IMG/VR virus record: IMGVR_UViG_2524023228_000003
Span: 1 to 64,000 of that record
Reading direction: 5' to 3' (one strand)
Length of the DNA stretch: 64,000 nucleotides
DNA from: a virus
Taxonomy: Duplodnaviria; Caudoviricetes
Shown here: positions 17,026 to 26,933 of the stretch, piece by piece
Position numbering within the stretch: position 1 is the first letter of the stretch
Layout: every line of letters starts with the position of its first letter
Notes under the pieces: model-generated
Seen by the model: the letters and a program-made list of their open reading frames with translations, nothing else
What the model was told of the DNA's origin: nothing
The model's database searches: none
Translations under genes and position numbers: made by a program

Positions 17026-17428
17026 AGTCCTTGACCTTCTTTTGGAGATTGGCTTTCGCCGCTTCGGACTCGGAGAGCTGTTTCTTCAGCTCGTCCTCGC
17101 GCTGGTTGGCCTCATCGGCCGCGCTATCGTCCGGGCACTGCGGATGACGGGTCTCTTTCGGCCCGTTGCACTGCCAGTACGGGATTTCAGGCTGCGGCAC
17201 CGACCTCTCGTCGGCCTGCGCCAGGTCTTCCTTGAGCTGCCTGACTTGCGCCTGCAGATCCGACTTGCCGGCCTCGCCCAGGTGATAGGCATATCCGGCG
17301 GTGACGACGAGGATGATCAAGGCCGCGATGACCTTGACCTTCCAGTTGGTGAGCATTCCCTGGGCTTTCGCCCAATAGAACGTGACCGCCTCCCTGAAGG
17401 CGGCGGCCCTTGCCATGACTTTATCCAA
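16937..17428 (-). CDS. Inner-membrane spanin (Rz-like)
   Basis: One TM helix then a coiled coil; immediately downstream of the endolysin. Confidence 0.65.
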   Translation of the reverse strand: MDKVMARAAAFREAVTFYWAKAQGMLTNWKVKVIAALIILVVTAGYAYHLGEAGKSDLQAQVRQLKEDLAQADERSVPQPEIPYWQCNGPKETRHPQCPDDSAADEANQREDELKKQLSESEAAKANLQKKVKDYETQLARRHAKGRGLVLSPADARSLSNIR

Positions 17429-18593
17429 GGTGAACTCCGGTTTGGTGATCGTGCAGACGCCGCTTGATGACGTCGCCGTAGAGCTTCCAGGTGACGAAGC
17501 CGACGACGATCACGCCGACCCACCAGTACGGTGCGAGCGCGTGCGCCGTGTCATGGATCGAGTCCATGACACCCTTGAGCTGATTGACCTTGTCGACCAT
17601 GCCCTGGATCTGATCGAGAGCGCCGGTCTGCGAGGCGCCGCCGAGGGCACCAGCGCCAACCAGGATCTTCGACATCAGGGAGCCCTTGTCGGCCGCCTGG
17701 ATCGTCTGGGAGCCGGCAGAGCGCAGATCGTCGACGGTCGCCGAGGCGCGCTCCGGGGCGATCTCACGCTTCTCCTCGGTCTTGTAGAGGAGCGCCGTGG
17801 TCTCATCGTTCGGATGGCCGGTGACCTTCAGGCCTTCGCGCCGCTGGAACGCGGAGCAAGCGCCCGTGGTCAGATCGCCCCAGTCGCCATCGAGCTTGCC
17901 GACGTTGAAACCCAGCTCCTTCAGCTTGGTCTGGTAGACCAGCGTGACGGTCTTGCCCGGCTTGGGATAGAACTCGCCCTGCGAGATCTGGCCGAGGCGC
18001 CGTTCCCAGCGCTCATCCGCCGTCTTCATGCGGGTGTCGTAGTTGTTCTGCTTGTAGCCGGCGCCGTTGTAGCCGCGGGCGAACGAGGCAAAGTTCTTCG
18101 CGATGAGGAACTTGTCCAGGTGGCTGGTCTTGATCTCGCGGACCAGCGCATCAATCTGCTCTGCGATGCCCTTCGACAGCTCGTCGACCATCTCGGTCGC
18201 GTTCGGATACTTCAGGCGCTCGGCATTGAAGCCCATGGTCTGCCCGAGACCCCAGGAAGCCGCACGGTTGGCGACCTCCTCGTCGATCTTGCGCGCCTTC
18301 GCGATGACGTTCAGCCGGCCGGCAGAGGTGCCCTGGTCCTTGTACTGGGTGTTGCGGCTCCACTTCGGGATCGCGAGTCCAGCCATGATGGCGGACTTGA
18401 GCTTGCTCGGCTGGTGCTTCTGCAGCTCGGAATAGAACTTGTGCCGCTCGAAGAGCAGCGAGGGCGTGTGGCCGTCCTGCTCGAACGGCTTGCCCGAGGT
18501 TTCGCATTCCACGACGGCGAGCAGCGCCGACGCGGGCCAACCTTCGGCCTTCGCCGCCTGCACGATGGCGTCGATGATCTCTTGACTGAACAT
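17421..18593 (-). CDS. Endolysin: DUF3380 N-acetylmuramidase + peptidoglycan-binding domain + C-terminal hydrophobic segments
   Basis: LLAVVECETSG..LLFERHKFY..ASWGLGQTMGFN..FARGYNG..Y; QTKLKELGFNVGKLDGDWGDLT..FQRREGLKVTG. Confidence 0.9.
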   Translation of the reverse strand: MFSQEIIDAIVQAAKAEGWPASALLAVVECETSGKPFEQDGHTPSLLFERHKFYSELQKHQPSKLKSAIMAGLAIPKWSRNTQYKDQGTSAGRLNVIAKARKIDEEVANRAASWGLGQTMGFNAERLKYPNATEMVDELSKGIAEQIDALVREIKTSHLDKFLIAKNFASFARGYNGAGYKQNNYDTRMKTADERWERRLGQISQGEFYPKPGKTVTLVYQTKLKELGFNVGKLDGDWGDLTTGACSAFQRREGLKVTGHPNDETTALLYKTEEKREIAPERASATVDDLRSAGSQTIQAADKGSLMSKILVGAGALGGASQTGALDQIQGMVDKVNQLKGVMDSIHDTAHALAPYWWVGVIVVGFVTWKLYGDVIKRRLHDHQTGVHLG

Positions 18594-18606
18594 GTGATAC
18601 TCGTTG

Positions 18607-19788
18607 TTACGGATTGGTGGTGAAACCGCCCTCGGCGATTGCGTCGATGTCCCGCTGGGTGAGGTCGTCGCGCTTCACATTGGGGTGGGTGCGGAGGTAT
18701 TCGCCGAGCGTCTCACCCGGTCCTGGCCGCATGAACTCCTTGGACGCTTCCGCGTAGTCGGCGCCGTCGCCCGGGAGCTTGCACTCCATCTGCGACTTGA
18801 TGCCGGTGCTCTTGATGTACGTGTGGGTCACCTTGTCGATGACGTACGAGCCGTTGATGCCGTCTCGCATGCCGGTCACGATCAGCGTCTGCTGATCACG
18901 GATCCAAGGGTCGCCCTTGGCGAGATCGAACACCGCCTGCACTTCTGCGCGCTTGAGGTTCTCGGCCTGAGAGCCTGCTGCCGCCTTGGCTTCCGCTTCA
19001 GAGTTGAAGAGTTGGCCGATGTTGAAAGCGCCGCCGAACTTCTTGGCGAGTCCAACTCCTCCGTCTCCGCTCGTGACCGGTGAGCCGACCCATTTGCGGA
19101 CCATCTCGTCCTTGTCGAACCACGAGGCCTTGACCTCTCCGTAGCCAGGCTTGCTGGTGTAGCGAACCTGCCAGGTACCGAAGTGCTCCGGCTGAAGCAC
19201 AAGCGTCGGCAGTGCGACTCCACTCGTGGTCTCGCCTCCGTCGCGCTTGGCAAACATCAGCTTGCCGTCCACGACCTTGGCCACAGCTCCTGTCATGCGC
19301 TCCAGCTCGTGGATCATGTGCAGGTTGCTGACGACCTGGTTCTTGAAGGGGATTTTGAGCGCTCCGAGGTCGCCCGAGATGGACAGACCGAGGCCAGTTT
19401 GCTGGGCCATTTGACCGAGGATGTCGGAGACTGATTTGTTATCGAACTCCCTTATGGTGGGAGCTTTTTGGATGTCGGTCGCGCCGGTCGATTTGCCGAC
19501 CAGCTTGATATTTCGGGGCGGACCGAGGAACGTTACGTCGTCGATCTCGAATGAGCCCATGTAGGCAAGGCCTACTTCCTGGTAGCCGAGCCAGATCTGA
19601 AGAGTCTCACCAGTCAGCGGCCGAGCGACACGCCAGTCGCGGTCGTCGATGAGGATGGTGCATTGATCGTCGTTGCCGTTGCCGGACTGAAGATCGACCC
19701 TGATCTGAAGCGTCCGGTCGTTGAGCCGGCCAGTGATGTCCTCGCCACCTTTGAAGACCCGGTAGATCGGGGTGTAGCCAGTGGTCAC
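18607..19788 (-). CDS. Tail/baseplate hub protein (P2 gpD-like late control D)
   Basis: DQCTILIDDR..LGYQE..MGSFEIDDV..GPPR pattern; position after gpX and gpU. Confidence 0.85.
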   Translation of the reverse strand: MTTGYTPIYRVFKGGEDITGRLNDRTLQIRVDLQSGNGNDDQCTILIDDRDWRVARPLTGETLQIWLGYQEVGLAYMGSFEIDDVTFLGPPRNIKLVGKSTGATDIQKAPTIREFDNKSVSDILGQMAQQTGLGLSISGDLGALKIPFKNQVVSNLHMIHELERMTGAVAKVVDGKLMFAKRDGGETTSGVALPTLVLQPEHFGTWQVRYTSKPGYGEVKASWFDKDEMVRKWVGSPVTSGDGGVGLAKKFGGAFNIGQLFNSEAEAKAAAGSQAENLKRAEVQAVFDLAKGDPWIRDQQTLIVTGMRDGINGSYVIDKVTHTYIKSTGIKSQMECKLPGDGADYAEASKEFMRPGPGETLGEYLRTHPNVKRDDLTQRDIDAIAEGGFTTNP

Positions 19789-19805
19789 GATGCCTCCTAA
19801 AACGC

Positions 19806-19828
19806 AAAAAGCCGCCCCGGAGGGCGGC
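19806..19828 (-). terminator. Rho-independent terminator
   Basis: GCCGCCC-TCCG-GGGCGGC hairpin followed by TTTTT on the minus strand. Confidence 0.75.
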
Positions 19829-19877
19829 CAGATACGCGAGTGCGTATATTCGCTGGATATACGCGATCGCGTCTAAA

Positions 19878-20099
19878 TCACTTCCAGAGGAAGACCTGCG
19901 GGATGACCGGGGGCTGCGTCAGTTTGCGCGGCGCCTCCGGAAGGTTGATCGTGATGCCCATCGGGAGGACGATCCCGCGCAGCTCGACACCGTCGTTCTG
20001 CTCGATGACCCACTCGACAATCTGATTGTCGGTCGAGCCATAGCGGTCAAAGCAGATGCGGTCGAGGCGATCGTAAAGCTTGGTGATGTACGTCGACAT
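19878..20099 (-). CDS. Tail protein X (P2 gpX, LysM-like)
   Basis: DRLDRICFDRYG..VIEQN..LPMGITINLP..LW. Confidence 0.9.
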   Translation of the reverse strand: MSTYITKLYDRLDRICFDRYGSTDNQIVEWVIEQNDGVELRGIVLPMGITINLPEAPRKLTQPPVIPQVFLWK

Positions 20100-20605
20100 T
20101 AGGTCGCCTCGAAGTTATTGACGATCGTGGACGTCGAGGTCAGATCGTCCCCGTAGCGAGTCAGCTCCAGAGTGAAATCGATCTTGTGAGCGATGCCGAT
20201 GGCGCCAATCTTCGACTCCGCGGTTCGCACTCGCCTGATGGCGTAGTTTCCAATCACCTCCGAGCCATAGCCGTCCGGATTGGTGAGCGGATAGAACCTC
20301 ACGAGCAGCATCGGCTTGCCGGCGCGGCCGGCTAAACGCATGCGTTCAAGTGTGGAAATGCCACCGAAGTGATAGGGGTACATGCGGCCCTCGATGACCA
20401 CATTGTCCTCACCTGGACCAGTGAACTGCATCGCAGGATCGCGCGAGAGGCGATCGGCCGACGTCCAGGTGTATTGCGCGTCGCGCTGAATTGTCTCGAA
20501 GTTTGGGGTGTCGATGCCCTTCGACGGCACGTAGAAGAGGATCAGACCGGTCGCGTCGTTCGCATTGGGATCCTGCGAGCCGAGACCAAGAAGAACGTCA
20601 GCCAT
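20099..20605 (-). CDS. P2 gpU-like tail protein
   Basis: R..AMQFTGPGED..IEG..YP..GG..LERMR..G-x-P..I..DFTLEL-x-RY. Confidence 0.85.
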   Translation of the reverse strand: MADVLLGLGSQDPNANDATGLILFYVPSKGIDTPNFETIQRDAQYTWTSADRLSRDPAMQFTGPGEDNVVIEGRMYPYHFGGISTLERMRLAGRAGKPMLLVRFYPLTNPDGYGSEVIGNYAIRRVRTAESKIGAIGIAHKIDFTLELTRYGDDLTSTSTIVNNFEAT

Positions 20606-20663
20606 CTATTTCCTCTGAGGTTGGAGAAAGGACCCCGGCCCCGTAGGGCCAGGGTCAATTGCG

Positions 20664-23600
20664 TTAGGTGTATTCGGACGCGGTATCGTGGGTCCGCCAG
20701 TTCATCGACTCGTCGATCCGGCGCTGCACCAGCGTCGCCAGCGCTTCCGGGTCGTGACTGCTGCCGTTGATGTGGATCTGCACGGGACCGCCCGTTCCGC
20801 CCCGCATCTGGCCTGCGCCGAGCGAGGCCGGAGACTGGACCGGAGGCACATTCTTGATGGCGTCGCTCGCGGACGGGACGTCCTTCCACGGCTGCGTTCC
20901 GTTCCACTCGAAGTGCATCGGGTCGCGGAACCGCTTCGACCAGTCTCCACCCCATGACAGGCCGTATTTGGCCGCCATGTCCCGAACATTGTCGGGCATG
21001 TCCGTCCCGCCATACTGCGGGTTGGTGCCGGGGTTGATGTCGATCGCGTTGCCGTAGGCGTGCTGCGACCAGCCGGAGCTGCCGCGCTTCTGGCGCATGT
21101 TGAACCCGCCGAGCGAGTTCACCTTGTAGCCAGACGCTTCCAGCTCGTCGACAAAGCCCTTGAAGGACTCTGCCGCCGCCGCATTGACCGTGAACTTCTT
21201 GCCGGAGGCCGTCATGATGGTCTGTTGGTTTTGACCAACGCCGCCATACTGCCCCTTCATGAAGTTGGCCTTGCCGCGGAGGCCGAGCTTGTCAGCCAGA
21301 CCTGGCGTCACACCGGCCGCAGCCGCAGCCGCACCCGAGCCGTCGCCCATCTGGTTCATGAAGCTCTGAACGCCGGGCACCCAATGCCTGTTCAGTCCAC
21401 GCGGGTCGTTGGCCGCCCCGATCGGAGCGTATTTGCTCCCCATCTTTCCGAGGTCGCCACCAGCCGCGTTCCAGTTCTTCGCGACGCTCTTCGCCGTCTG
21501 GTCGATGCCGGCATCGAGCGAGTTGAACTGCATCTTGGTTTTCCAGCCGGTGGCTGGATCCATGATGCCGCCAGGGTTGTTGCCTGACAGGAACTTGCCC
21601 TTGCCCGACTCCTGGGCCATGACGCCCGCGAGAAGTGACGGGCTGATGCCATTAGCCTTCGCTGCGTCGACGATCTGGTCATACTTTCCAGCCAGAGGCG
21701 TTCCTGCGAACACCCTGTCAAAGCCAGACCGGCTCAGGCCGCCGCCAGACGAACCGCCGATCGACGGGATCTTGTCGCGACCGATGATGCTGCCGGCGCG
21801 CCCTACCCCGAAGTCAGGGAGAGCCGCGCCCGGGGTGCTCTTGAGCAGGCTGGGAACGCCTCCGACGAGGCCGCCGCCGCCAGACCCGACCAGACCGCGG
21901 CCGGAGCCGCCGCCCAGAGCTGCGTATTGCAGGCCGCCGGGTCCGTTGCTGATGAACGCCGCGCGCTCGACCTTGCCCGTGAACTTGTTGAGGTTCTCGG
22001 ACAGGTCGTCGATCGTGCCGCGTCGGCGTCCGGAGAAGTCAGTCGCTCCGCCGAAGCTCGTCGGCTGGAACAGGGGATCTCCGCTCGGCTTGTAATTGCG
22101 CAGCTCCTTCAACTTGGACTCGCGCGCCCGGAAGTCCTTAACGGACTCGCCCGGTCGGCGAATGTGAGAGTCGCTGACCGCTGCATCAGAGGCCGCAGCT
22201 GCACCAACGCCGAGGAGCGCCAGGATGCCCGGGATACCCGTGATCTTCAGGAGAAGGCCACCAATTCCCTTCACGAACGTGACGATGCCTTCGAGATAAC
22301 CGGCCACAGTCCCGATTGCCTTCAGGGCTGCTACCAACTCAATGAGCTGAGCGGTGAACTTGCCCCAAGACTCGGGGTCGCCCTCCTTGCCTCCGAATGC
22401 CTTGAAAACCGCGGTCATCATGCCGCCGATCATCTTGGCCGCACGGCTAATCTCGCCGACAAACCCCTTCACAAAGCCGAAGACTTCCTTCGCGTAGCCC
22501 TTTGCAGTCGTGGGATCGCCGAAGGCCGCCTTGAGCATATCGGACCAGCTGTTGAAGCCCATGCCGGCGACCAGTCCGTCCGTAAACGCCTCGACGGTAT
22601 TGGTGATCTTCGACGTGTCGATCCGGCCCAGATAATCTGTGAAGAACGCAGAGATCTGGGTGAATGCCTTCTCAAACCCCGCGCCTACCGACTCCCACAC
22701 GAGAGTCATGGCAGAAACGAAGGACTTCCATCGCCCGGCGAGCGATTTCAGCTTTTCATCGCTGATCTTGTCGAGCGTGTCTGCATTCTTGGGATCGCGG
22801 ATTTCCTTGAGAGTGCGTCGAATGTCGTCGCGAACCTGAACGAAGGTTTGCAGCTCGTCTCGCCATTCGCGCATGCCGAGCAGCGTTGCAATCTGCGACT
22901 GCTTCTCCTCCGACATCGTGCCCATCTTGTCGAAGATCTGGAGCAGCGTTTCGGTCGGATTCGCCGCCATCTTGGCCGACATCGCTTGCCGACCACCAAG
23001 GCCGAGCATATTCGCAGCCTTGCCGAGGTCCTTTGCTCGCTGACCCCTGGCATACTTTCCGCCAACGAGTTCGTTGACGATAAAGCCGATGAAGGTACCC
23101 GTCTTGCTCGAAGGCAGGCCAGCCGAAATGCCGGGACCTGTAAACGCGGGCAGCTCATTTGGATCCAGCTTCGAAGATGCAAACGCACCGGATGCCCGCC
23201 GGTTGGCCGCGATAATTTCATTCGGGTCCGCCGCGGTCGCAATACCGGCAACGGCCACCGAGTTGAGCATCTTCTTCAGTTTCTCAGGATTGAGGTTGCT
23301 CATATCCTGAGTGAGGGTCGCCAATCGAGTTGCGAACCTGGTAGTCTCCTTCAGATCGAGGTCGAGGCCTGCTCCGGCCTTGAGGATCGTGTCTGTGACG
23401 GCCTGCGCCTTGTCCTGCGGAATGCCCGCCTTGCGAACTTCGGTGAATGAGTCGAGCATCTGGTCGGGCGCCATGCCATACCTGATCGCGGCACGATTAC
23501 CGTAGGACCGACGAAATTCCTTGACCTGCTCCTGGCTCATTTCGGCGAACATTCTCATGTTCGTCTCGGCCGTATCGATCTTCATGCGCGTGCGGAACGC

Positions 23601-24254
23601 GCTGACGCCTGCGTAACCGGTTGCTGCAGCAGCGGCAGCAGCATAGGGTGCTGCGCTACTGCCGAAGTTGGCCGCCATTCCCATGCTGCGCATCGCGTCA
23701 CGTCGCATGCGGCTGAGGTTGCTTACATGGGTGCGCTGACGGCGCTCCTCATTCCTGAGGTGGGCAGCCTCCAGGTTGGAGAGCTGCTCGGTGACGCGCC
23801 GATGCATCGCTAGGCGGTCATCGTTGGTCTTGTTGTAGAGATATTTGAAGGCGACCGCGTTCTTGTATTCGTTTCGCAGCTGCTTCTCGATGTTTGCAGC
23901 CATCGTCTTCGACCCTCGCTTGTGCGAGTTCACGAGTTGCTCGTGCTGGTCCTTCAGATCCCTGATCCGATTGGTGAGCTTGCCCCAGGACAGCTGCGCA
24001 CGTTCCGTATGGACGCCGTTTGCCTTCGCCCAATCGTAGTGCTTCTTCGTCAGGCCATTGAGCGAGCGCCCCATCTTGTTGGCGGCCTTGACGTAGTTCT
24101 CCATCGGGATGGATTCGATGCTGGAGCCGGCCTTGCCGAGCTTCTTCATCTGCTCTTCGAGACTCTTGATCTTGGCCAAGAGCTTCACGACGGTCGGGGA
24201 CAGCTTATCCTCGCCCGTAAGGCGTGCCCTGATGTCGAGATTGTTGTCGGACAT
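20664..24254 (-). CDS. Tape measure protein with C-terminal lysozyme-like and M15-peptidase domains
   Basis: Long helical Ala-rich protein after the chaperones; AAKANGISPSLLAGVMAQESG; R..SQHAYGNAIDIN..YGLSWGGDW..DPMHFE. Confidence 0.9.
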   Translation of the reverse strand: MSDNNLDIRARLTGEDKLSPTVVKLLAKIKSLEEQMKKLGKAGSSIESIPMENYVKAANKMGRSLNGLTKKHYDWAKANGVHTERAQLSWGKLTNRIRDLKDQHEQLVNSHKRGSKTMAANIEKQLRNEYKNAVAFKYLYNKTNDDRLAMHRRVTEQLSNLEAAHLRNEERRQRTHVSNLSRMRRDAMRSMGMAANFGSSAAPYAAAAAAATGYAGVSAFRTRMKIDTAETNMRMFAEMSQEQVKEFRRSYGNRAAIRYGMAPDQMLDSFTEVRKAGIPQDKAQAVTDTILKAGAGLDLDLKETTRFATRLATLTQDMSNLNPEKLKKMLNSVAVAGIATAADPNEIIAANRRASGAFASSKLDPNELPAFTGPGISAGLPSSKTGTFIGFIVNELVGGKYARGQRAKDLGKAANMLGLGGRQAMSAKMAANPTETLLQIFDKMGTMSEEKQSQIATLLGMREWRDELQTFVQVRDDIRRTLKEIRDPKNADTLDKISDEKLKSLAGRWKSFVSAMTLVWESVGAGFEKAFTQISAFFTDYLGRIDTSKITNTVEAFTDGLVAGMGFNSWSDMLKAAFGDPTTAKGYAKEVFGFVKGFVGEISRAAKMIGGMMTAVFKAFGGKEGDPESWGKFTAQLIELVAALKAIGTVAGYLEGIVTFVKGIGGLLLKITGIPGILALLGVGAAAASDAAVSDSHIRRPGESVKDFRARESKLKELRNYKPSGDPLFQPTSFGGATDFSGRRRGTIDDLSENLNKFTGKVERAAFISNGPGGLQYAALGGGSGRGLVGSGGGGLVGGVPSLLKSTPGAALPDFGVGRAGSIIGRDKIPSIGGSSGGGLSRSGFDRVFAGTPLAGKYDQIVDAAKANGISPSLLAGVMAQESGKGKFLSGNNPGGIMDPATGWKTKMQFNSLDAGIDQTAKSVAKNWNAAGGDLGKMGSKYAPIGAANDPRGLNRHWVPGVQSFMNQMGDGSGAAAAAAGVTPGLADKLGLRGKANFMKGQYGGVGQNQQTIMTASGKKFTVNAAAAESFKGFVDELEASGYKVNSLGGFNMRQKRGSSGWSQHAYGNAIDINPGTNPQYGGTDMPDNVRDMAAKYGLSWGGDWSKRFRDPMHFEWNGTQPWKDVPSASDAIKNVPPVQSPASLGAGQMRGGTGGPVQIHINGSSHDPEALATLVQRRIDESMNWRTHDTASEYT

Positions 24255-24292
24255 TGCCGCTCCCCGAGAGTCAAAAAAAATGGGGCCCAGGG

Positions 24293-24496
24293 CTATTTGT
24301 TGCCCTGAGCCTGCGCACGTAGTCTTGCTATCTCCTCGGCGTCTCGCTCGTTTAGCGCCTTGACGCCGTCAGATATGACGCAGAAGTCATCCCATTCCAA
24401 CGCCTCCACGTCTCCGAGCGTCCAGTGGAAGCGCTCGAAGATCGGGAAGCTGTCGATTAGGATTCGCTGGATTCGCCCGACATGAGTTCCAAAAAA
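24293..24496 (-). CDS. Tail assembly chaperone -1 frame extension (gpE'-like)
   Basis: Open -1 frame (FFGTHVGRIQ..FHWTLGDVEALEWDD) entered at the slippery TTTTTTG (plus-strand CAAAAAA 24490-24496). Confidence 0.8.
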   Translation of the reverse strand, partial: FFGTHVGRIQRILIDSFPIFERFHWTLGDVEALEWDDFCVISDGVKALNERDAEEIARLRAQAQGNK

Positions 24497-24750
24497 TGCT
24501 CGAACCATGCCTTCATGGGAGCGAAGTCTTCGGAGTCGATCTCGGCGATGATGGTGTTGTCGACCTCAAACAGGTCTGCCAGCACCTTCTCCATCGCGCT
24601 CATGCCGTCCTTCTCGACACCCTTGATGAAGTTGCGGATGTCACGAACCTTCGGGCGACGAGCATTGAACTCGGTGTAGTTCGCGCCGCGGAACTCGAAC
24701 GGAAACTTGAGCGGGAAATTCTTCTTCTCGATAGCCATAGTGGTTTGCAC
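24457..24750 (-). CDS. Tail assembly chaperone (gpE-like)
   Basis: RRPKVRDI..EKVLADL..I-x-EID-x-EDF; lies between the tube and tape measure genes. Confidence 0.85.
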   Translation of the reverse strand: MQTTMAIEKKNFPLKFPFEFRGANYTEFNARRPKVRDIRNFIKGVEKDGMSAMEKVLADLFEVDNTIIAEIDSEDFAPMKAWFEHFLELMSGESSES

Positions 24751-24770
24751 GCCTTGTCTTGCACAGAAAG

Positions 24771-24800
24771 AAAAAAGGCCCCGCCGGTTAGGGCGAGGCC
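24771..24800 (-). terminator. Rho-independent terminator after the tail tube gene
   Basis: GGCCTCGCCC..GGCGGGGCC imperfect hairpin + TTTTTT. Confidence 0.65.
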
Positions 24801-24827
24801 AGTTGGGGTGATCTCTCTGACGTCACC

Positions 24828-25352
24828 TTAGTAGGTGAAGCCGAGGATCCGTCGAGCGTTTGCGCTCTGGTCGGTGCCGCCGATGTTCGTGATCTTGTTG
24901 AACACGTCGATTTCGGTGACGGTGACGCCGTTGATCTCGTGCCGGTAGTAGTTGGCACAGAGGTTGACGGTCATCTCAGCCTTCTTGCCGGCCTCGACTT
25001 TGCTCGTCTTGATCGCCTTGATCAGCGAGTGGGTTTCGATGATGACGCCCTTCTCGGCGCCGCTTGCCGACAGCAGGTAGCCGCGGAAGGTGACGGGAAC
25101 GTCGAGCGAGCCCGGGCCGTAGCCGAGGTTCTGCCAGATCTGCTCGTCCCAGACGTGCAGATCGATGTCGAACTCGATCTTTTCGATGCCCATCGGGATT
25201 TCGATGGTGCCGTCCATACCACCACCACGGAACTCTTCCGTCTGGATGTTGATCTCGGGCGGCTGGAAGTTCGGCGCTTCGCCGATCTTGCCGATGTCGT
25301 CGATCCAGACCGTGAAGTCCTGGAAAATGTTGGAGTCGCGAAGATTTGCCAT
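24828..25352 (-). CDS. Major tail tube protein (P2 FII-like)
   Basis: EEFRGGGMDG..MGIEKIE..TFRG..YYRHEING..EID. Confidence 0.92.
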   Translation of the reverse strand: MANLRDSNIFQDFTVWIDDIGKIGEAPNFQPPEINIQTEEFRGGGMDGTIEIPMGIEKIEFDIDLHVWDEQIWQNLGYGPGSLDVPVTFRGYLLSASGAEKGVIIETHSLIKAIKTSKVEAGKKAEMTVNLCANYYRHEINGVTVTEIDVFNKITNIGGTDQSANARRILGFTY

Positions 25353-25448
25353 TGATGTCTCCGGCCATGCCAGAGCGCGCCCGATCCCGAAGGACCGAGC
25401 GGCTCGTGACTAGCTGTGTTGTGGGTGATTGCTGCGGAGAGCCGCGCG

Positions 25449-26903
25449 TTAGCCGTTGTTGGCGATCGTGCGGTTGAACTCTTCGATGAAGTCCGTGTAG
25501 TAGTTCGGATTTCGCGAAGCGCGGAACTGCAGATGCTCCAAGCAGGCCGGGGGCTCGAGATCGAAGTCCACCGTCAGCTCACCGGCCGAGAAGGTCGCGG
25601 CGGTGTTGACGGTCGGGTCGATCCAGCACTTGCCTCCGATCAGCGCGCCGCGGGAGCGGAGCAGACGGAGGTACTTGTTGACGTCGCCCTGGATGCCGGC
25701 GAGCAGCTGGAGGCTGAACGGCTTGTCGAGGCGCGAGCGCTCAGCGCGCTCCAGGCTCTCGTAGACCATGTCGGCCGTGCGGCGCACGGACAGCTGAGCC
25801 CACAGCGGGTCGGTGCCGGTGCCGCGGAGGCCCCAGAACCGGAAACCGTCATCGTGGATGATGGTCGTGACCTGCTGGCTGTTCAGCTGGTTGGCTTCGC
25901 AGTCGCGGTCGTTGACCATGAAGTCCACCGGACGGGCGGGGCCGCCGATGTTCTGGATCAGCTCGTTCGAGAACGAGTACCAGAAGCCCTTCTCCTCATC
26001 GATACGAGCCTGGATGCCGGCCGCGTAGGCGGAGGCGGGCTTCGTCACGTAGATGGAGTTCTCGGTGTCCCAGCTCAGAACGCCGGGGTCGACGAACGAG
26101 ATGCGCTGGCTGCCGTAGTCCTGACGGTACTGGACGGCGTCCTCGTACGAGGTGCCGGGACCGTCGAGGAAGGCCACCGCACGCAGGCGGTCGACGATGG
26201 AGGCCAGTGCAACACCAACCGGGTTGGCGACGTGGCCGAGGGTTGCGGTGACCGCGGCGCCCGTGCCGGCGCCCGTGACGGTCACGGCCGGAGCAGCGCC
26301 CGTGTAGCCGTAGCCCGGGTCGGTGATGACTACGCCAGTCAGCTTGCCGCCGACCACCTGCGGTACCGCCTTGGCCGTGCGACCACCGGCCGGAGGCGCG
26401 GCGATGCTGATGGACGTGGTGGCGAGAACGTAGCCGTCGCCTTCGTCGCCGATCACCAGGTTGGCGACACCGTTGGTCGGGCGGCCAGACGTGTGGCCCG
26501 GGGCGACCAGCAGCTTCGGGATGAGGCCGAGCATCGGACGCGCCTTGAGCAGCGACCAGACGCCGGTCTTGCCGCTGGGCGAGCCAACAGCGTTCGACCA
26601 GGTCTCTTCCTGGCTCTGGCCTTCGGAGACACGGACCACAACCACGACAGCCGACTTCTGGCTGTAGATCGCGTCGATGCCGTCGAGCAGCGTGCCCGTG
26701 GATTTCAGCTGACCCGCCTTCAGTGCGTCGGCAAACACCGGCACCGGAGTGTTGAGCGGGAAGAGATCCGGGTCAGCGTCCGGCGCCGTGCCGACCAAGC
26801 CGATCACGTTCGACTTGACGGTCTCGACCGGTCCGGAGGGGCTATCGAGTTCGATCGTCTCGATGCCGTGGAGGTATTGAACAGTCACGTATGGTTCTCC
26901 CAA
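25449..26903 (-). CDS. Tail sheath protein (P2 FI-like)
   Basis: YLHGIETIE..IGLVGTAP..PKLLVAPG..ASAYAAG..GFWYSFSN..GFRFWG..VRRTAD..DFDLEPP..LEHL. Confidence 0.93.
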   Translation of the reverse strand: MGEPYVTVQYLHGIETIELDSPSGPVETVKSNVIGLVGTAPDADPDLFPLNTPVPVFADALKAGQLKSTGTLLDGIDAIYSQKSAVVVVVRVSEGQSQEETWSNAVGSPSGKTGVWSLLKARPMLGLIPKLLVAPGHTSGRPTNGVANLVIGDEGDGYVLATTSISIAAPPAGGRTAKAVPQVVGGKLTGVVITDPGYGYTGAAPAVTVTGAGTGAAVTATLGHVANPVGVALASIVDRLRAVAFLDGPGTSYEDAVQYRQDYGSQRISFVDPGVLSWDTENSIYVTKPASAYAAGIQARIDEEKGFWYSFSNELIQNIGGPARPVDFMVNDRDCEANQLNSQQVTTIIHDDGFRFWGLRGTGTDPLWAQLSVRRTADMVYESLERAERSRLDKPFSLQLLAGIQGDVNKYLRLLRSRGALIGGKCWIDPTVNTAATFSAGELTVDFDLEPPACLEHLQFRASRNPNYYTDFIEEFNRTIANNG

Positions 26904-26905
26904 AC

Positions 26906-26933
26906 AAAAAAGCCGCCCCGGATGGAGCGGCTT
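26906..26933 (-). terminator. Rho-independent terminator
   Basis: AAGCCGCTCC-ATCC-GGGGCGGCTT hairpin + T run. Confidence 0.7.
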
